A DNA stretch of 64,000 bases from Octopus vulgaris (taxonomy: Eukaryota). The stretch lies in contig OX597822.1 of NCBI GenBank assembly GCA_951406725.2, forward strand, positions 40,486,001 through 40,550,000. The letters run 5' to 3'. The stretch's first letter is position 1; every line of letters starts with the position of its first letter. The notes under the pieces were generated by a model. That model searched no databases and had not been told where the DNA came from. It saw only the letters and a program-made list of their open reading frames with translations. A program made the translations under genes and the position numbers. Positions 53,049 through 64,000 of the stretch are shown here, in pieces.

Positions 53049-53890
53049 TTGTGTCTCTGTGTTTGTCTCCCCAGCATCGCTTGACAACCGATGCTGGTGT
53101 GTTTACGTCCCCGTAACTTAGCGGTTCGGCAAAAGAGACCGATAGAATAAGTACTGGGCTTCCAAAGAATAAGTCCTTGGGTCGATTTGCTCGACTAAAA
53201 GGTGGTGCTCCAGCATGGCCGCAGTCAAATGACTGAAACAAGTAAAAGAGTAGGCTGAATCCTAGTACATATTCTATCGGTTCCTTTTGCCGAACCGCTA
53301 AGTTACGGGGACGTAAACACATCAGCATCGGTTGTCAAGCAATGTTGGGAGTGGGGGACAACCACAGACACTCAAACATATACACACATACATATATAAA
53401 TACATATATACGACGGGCTTTTTTCAGTTTCCCCTACCAAATCCACTCACAAAGCTTTGGTCGGCCCGAGGCTACAGTAGAAGACACTTGCCCAAGGTGC
53501 CACGCTGTGGGACTGAACCCAGAACCATGTTGTTGGTAAGCAAGCTACTTACTAGTCAGCCACTCCTGTGCATTATTCTAAAGAAAGCTAGGCATGAAAA
53601 CTATTAACTTTTATTAAATACAGACGCAGGTAAGGCTTTGTGGTAAGCCATTCGCTTCCCGATCGCATGGTTCCAAGTTCAGTCCCATTGCGTGGCACCT
53701 TCGGCAACCTCTGGCTGACCTAAGGCTTGTGGTTAGATTTGGTAAACGGAGACTGAAAGAAGCTCGTCGTATGCGACTTCGTGTGTATGTTTGTTTCCCC
53801 ATCACCGCTTGACAACCGGTGTTGATGTGTTTACGTCCCCGTAACTTAGCGGTTCGGCAAAAGAAATTGTTTGAATAAGTACTAAGCTTT
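52830..53890. mobile_element. Three adjacent family A SINEs (+,-,+)
   Basis: ~52830-53250(+), ~53255-53572(-), ~53623-53890(+). Confidence 0.85.
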
Positions 53891-54069
53891 AAAAGATAGC
53901 TAGTGTGGTTGAATAGTGACAAAAACAAGAAAAACGTAAAAGGTAGAAGTGGTAATAATTTTGAGAATAAGTCTTATTTTTATCATTGGAATCCTGAGAT
54001 TAGTAGAATGTGTTTGAGCTGCAATACTTACCAATTTGTGCTCTAGAAATAATATGTAACACACAAAGA

Positions 54070-54535
54070 TGGCGAGCTGGCAGAATCGTTAGCACGCCGG
54101 ACAATATGCTTAGCGACATTTTTTGCTGTATGATAAGAGGCATTATTTTTGGCGGTGTAAGGCGGTGTAAGGCGATGAGCTGGATGAAATGCTTAGCGAC
54201 ATTTCGTCTGAGTTCAAATTCCGCCGAGGTCGACTTTGCTTTTCATCCTTTCGGGGTCGATAAATAAAGTACCAGTTATGCACTGGGGTCGATATAATCG
54301 ACTTAATCCCTTTGTCTGTCCTTGTTTGTCCCCTCTATGTTTAGCCCCTTGTGGGCAATAAAGAAATAAGTATTTCGTCCGTCTTTAGGTTCTGAGTTCA
54401 AATTCCGCCGAGGTCGACTTTGCCTTTCATCCTTTCGGTATCGATAAATTAAGTACCTGTAAAACACTTGGGTCGATGTAATCGACAAGTCCCATCCCCC
54501 AAGATGTCAAGCCTTGTGCCTTTAGTAGAAAGGAT
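54070..54535 (+). mobile_element. Family B SINE with nested dimer
   Basis: Homology to 36266-36630. Confidence 0.8.
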
Positions 54536-54789
54536 TATGTAACACACGAACTGGACATCGGAAGAAGACTCGCCACTCGAGAATAAAACTAAGCTAAAAC
54601 TAAGCAAGGAAGTGACTTTGGAGCTGAGCATTAAATGGTCGGGTTAGGACTCCTTTATTCGTTTCAGCAATTTTACTTTTCCCTTCTTTCCTTCTTAAAT
54701 TTTTAGCTTTTGATCGTGAACCGGGATATTTCCCTCGCGCACGCGCGCATACACACGCATAAGGAAGAAGGGAAATGGAGAGACAAACA

Positions 54790-59930
<5,141 letters not shown>

Positions 59931-61119
59931 GAACGGGCTAGTAAAACCCAGGCGATCAGTTCAATAGCACTTCATGCAGGAACCTGGCTAGTAATCGAGT
60001 TGGTTAACGAACAAATGATTGGTAATACTTCAATGAATTCTTGAAGAAGTACTTCGCCAATCCAAGGCGATCGTGTGTGCGTATGCGTATGTGAGTGTGC
60101 GTGTATGTGAGTGCGAGTGTGTGTGCGCGTGTGTGTGCGAGCGCGTGTGCGTGTCTGTCTGTGTCTGTCTATATATATATATATATAGTGTAATAAATAA
60201 AAATATATGCATACATACAAACATATATGTACGTACCTACATCTACATGTATATATACATGCATATATAAATATATATACGTACAGGACACCACAAAAAG
60301 ACGTAGAACTCAACAGAAACGAAAACGGAAAGGCCATTTTTTTACAACAGAAAGACAGAGACGTGGAACAGGACGAGAACGAAAACGGGAAAAACATTAT
60401 TTACAACAGAAAAACAAGGTACAGGATATACTACACAAGGAAAAATCCCCTTCATCAGCTGTCGCTAGTAGACTTAGCGTGTTTCGAAGGCAAGACAGGA
60501 CACGACTCGTCAATACTAAGCCTTCCTGCGAAAGAATTAAAATAAAATAACCTCGCAGAGGGGTAAAACAAGCACGAAAAAATGTAACACAAACAGGACG
60601 TAACAATAAAACTGCACAATAAAATACAAGATAAAAATACATGTACAAGAAAATACAAAACGAGAAATAAAATACAATACGAGAAATCAAAATAAACAAG
60701 AAAACAAACGAGAAAAAAAAAACAAACGAAAGGCCTTTGTTCTGGTTGGGACGGAAGAGGTTCTGGCAAGCGCATGGAAACATGAATTTACGGTTTGAAA
60801 GCAGCGTGCAAAAGGATAGCAGTGACAAAAGTGAGGAGGAGTGAGAGAGAGAGAGAGATAGATAGAGGAAGACACGCGGCTGAGAGAGAGATGAGGAAGA
60901 GAGAGAGAGGGGAAGGTAAAGCAAAGGGAGAGAATTTCGCGTCATAATTATATTATAAAACAATACTTGGAGGATAAGAAACGGAACGAAGCGAAGAATC
61001 GAACGAACCCGATATATATATATATATATATACACACATACACGCAGACGCACACGCGCACGCAAACACATATATATAAGGCGCAAGAGTGGTGACTGCG
61101 TATTAAGAAGTTTGCACTT

Positions 61120-61300
61120 CCGTCAGCTGTTCGGTCATGCCTTTCATCAACATAAACGGGGTTGAAGATTGTCGATATCTTTTGATCTGCTGGATGAACT
61201 TGGCGGCCCTGTCGAAACATGGCTGTTTCTTTCAGTTGGCTACTGTTAGCATGTCTTCACCAGAAGCCTGCAGATCTTTCGCAACTCCTGCGAAAACTCC
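61120..61300 (-). pseudogene. Possible LINE RT N-terminal fragment
   Basis: ASGEDML...*KK...P..L.KG.T resembles the K(A/S)PGPD region; weak. Confidence 0.3.
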
Positions 61301-61906
61301 ATCAAAATTCTAGGAGCTGGCAATTCCGGAATTGCGGTGGTTAGTAGCTAGAACCTGGAATACAAACGATCTTTTAATATGGTGTTAAAGATTCGAATCT
61401 ACCACGTTGATGCTGTCAACAAAATCGTAACAAAAATGAGGAAGGTGAAATTTTGTACATTCTACATCAGAGATACTCAGCCATTTTTTTTTTTATCTTT
61501 GGATCCGCTTCATTTCTATTTATTCTCTACTGGACGCTCACAGCTATTCGATGCATAAAAAAATCCCGTTACATTTTTGATTAAATATTATTATGAATTG
61601 TATACATATAAGAATATATATATAATAGTGTATAAGAATTTATACACGGAGAGACGACCGCCATGTGAACACCTTACATGCTAGAGAGAGCAGTCAAAAC
61701 CCAAACCATAAAAAAATATCCTTACTTATTGCACGTTGCTTGTAAGCGAGCAGGACAGTTGAATGAATAAAAATAGAGTTAACTCTATACCCATGAGTTT
61801 CATCATTAATGATCAAATAAATCAATCAATGCTAACCACTGGTATAAATTATTGATTTTATGATTTTTACCCTGCATTTATATATATAAATACATATATA
61901 TACATA

Positions 61907-62010
61907 CGAGGGGTGTATGAAAAGTCTTGAGCCTCCAAAAAACAAAACATTGTACAAGACTTCTGATGAAAGTACAAGACTTCAAGGCTCAAAACTTCCA
62001 TACACACCTC

Positions 62011-62011
<1 letters not shown>
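61907..62011. mobile_element. 105-bp mariner-type MITE
   Basis: TA-CGAGGGGTGTATGAAAAGTCTTGAGCCT...AGGCTCAAAACTTCCATACACACCTCG-TA. Confidence 0.75.
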
Positions 62012-62092
<81 letters not shown>

Positions 62093-62094
62093 AT

Positions 62095-62155
<61 letters not shown>

Positions 62156-62347
62156 TCAAAATAAGCAACATGTATATCCAAGGTAGAGTAGTACAATTGT
62201 TTCATGCTACTTCATTTTATTAAACACTGTATTACTTCAGTTTTAAAATGTCGAGCAATCTTCAACCACTTATAGAATTTTCCAATTAAATGGACAATGC
62301 ACATTCTTATCCCTATTTCATTTGCCAACATTATAAAGAGGGTATAT

Positions 62348-62723
62348 CGTGGCACTCCGTCGGTTACGACGACGAGGGTTCCAGTTGATCCGATCAACGG
62401 AACAGCCTGCACTTGTAAGTGGCTGAGCACTCCACAGATACGTGTACCCTTAACATAGTTCTCGGGGATATTCTGCGTGACATAGAGTCTGACAAGGCTG
62501 GCCCTTCGAAATGCTGGTACAACAGAAACAGGAAGAAAGACTGAGAGAAAACTGTGGCGAAAGAGTACAGCAGGGATCGCCATACCCACCCCCCTGCCGG
62601 AGCCTCGTGGAGCTTTTTGGTGTTTTTGCTCAATAAACACTCACAACTCCGGTCTGGGAATCGTAACCGCGATCCTACGACCGCGAGTCCACTGCCCTAA
62701 CCACTGGGCCATTGCGCCTCCAC
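62348..62723 (-). mobile_element. SINE head C + tail 3
   Basis: Same head; tail ends GTCGTAACCGACGGAGTGCCAC. Confidence 0.75.
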
Positions 62724-63035
62724 ATACACACACACACACACATATATATACACACACACACAAATATATACATATATACGCATATACAGAAACACGCATA
62801 CATACACGCATACATACGTGCATACGACGGATTTTTTTTTTCAATTTCTGTCAACCAAATCCAGTCATAAGGCTTTGGTCGGCCCGAGGCTGTAGTAGAA
62901 GACACATGCCTAAGGCGTCACATAGTCGAATTGAATCCGGGACCATGCGGTTGGGAAGCAAGCTCCTTACCACACAGCCACGCATGCACCTCTATACACA
63001 GAAACAAATACACGCAAATATGTATGTGTATGTTG

Positions 63036-63875
<840 letters not shown>

Positions 63876-64000
63876 TATATGTACGCAGATGCACACACAC
63901 ACACACACATACACTGTGTGTGTGTGTGAGTGTGTGTGTGTGTGTGTGTGTGTATTTATGTTGTTGGTCTAAACTCCGGTGTTGTTTATGTTGTATCCCT

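Overview
Repeat-dominated animal genomic DNA with no supportable host protein-coding gene. The microsatellite load and SINE families look octopus/cephalopod-like (inference). Almost all short ORFs in the track are microsatellite translations. The centrepiece is a young, apparently intact Penelope-like retroelement (PLE, RT + GIY-YIG) at ~21964-30528: a 5'-truncated inverted copy joined head-to-head to a full copy, with both 3' ends running into (TA)n. Its pseudo-LTRs carry a minimal hammerhead ribozyme with a U3-A8 core variant. Its coding region lies in three frames linked by two in-phase TTTTTTA heptamers, which are candidate -1 frameshift sites. Two related non-coding ~470-480-nt tandem elements (37127-38837 and 46974-48129) each carry a type I hammerhead with a long helix II and share covarying hairpins. 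They show the same inverted, tail-out geometry as the PLE, so they are candidate PLE-mobilised retrozymes. The rest is decayed LINEs (RTE-like, CR1/L2-group, R4/Dong-like), a deleted Gypsy, mariner/pogo MITEs, a non-autonomous Helitron, many tRNA-derived SINEs, a SINE-derived 34-bp minisatellite and simple repeats.
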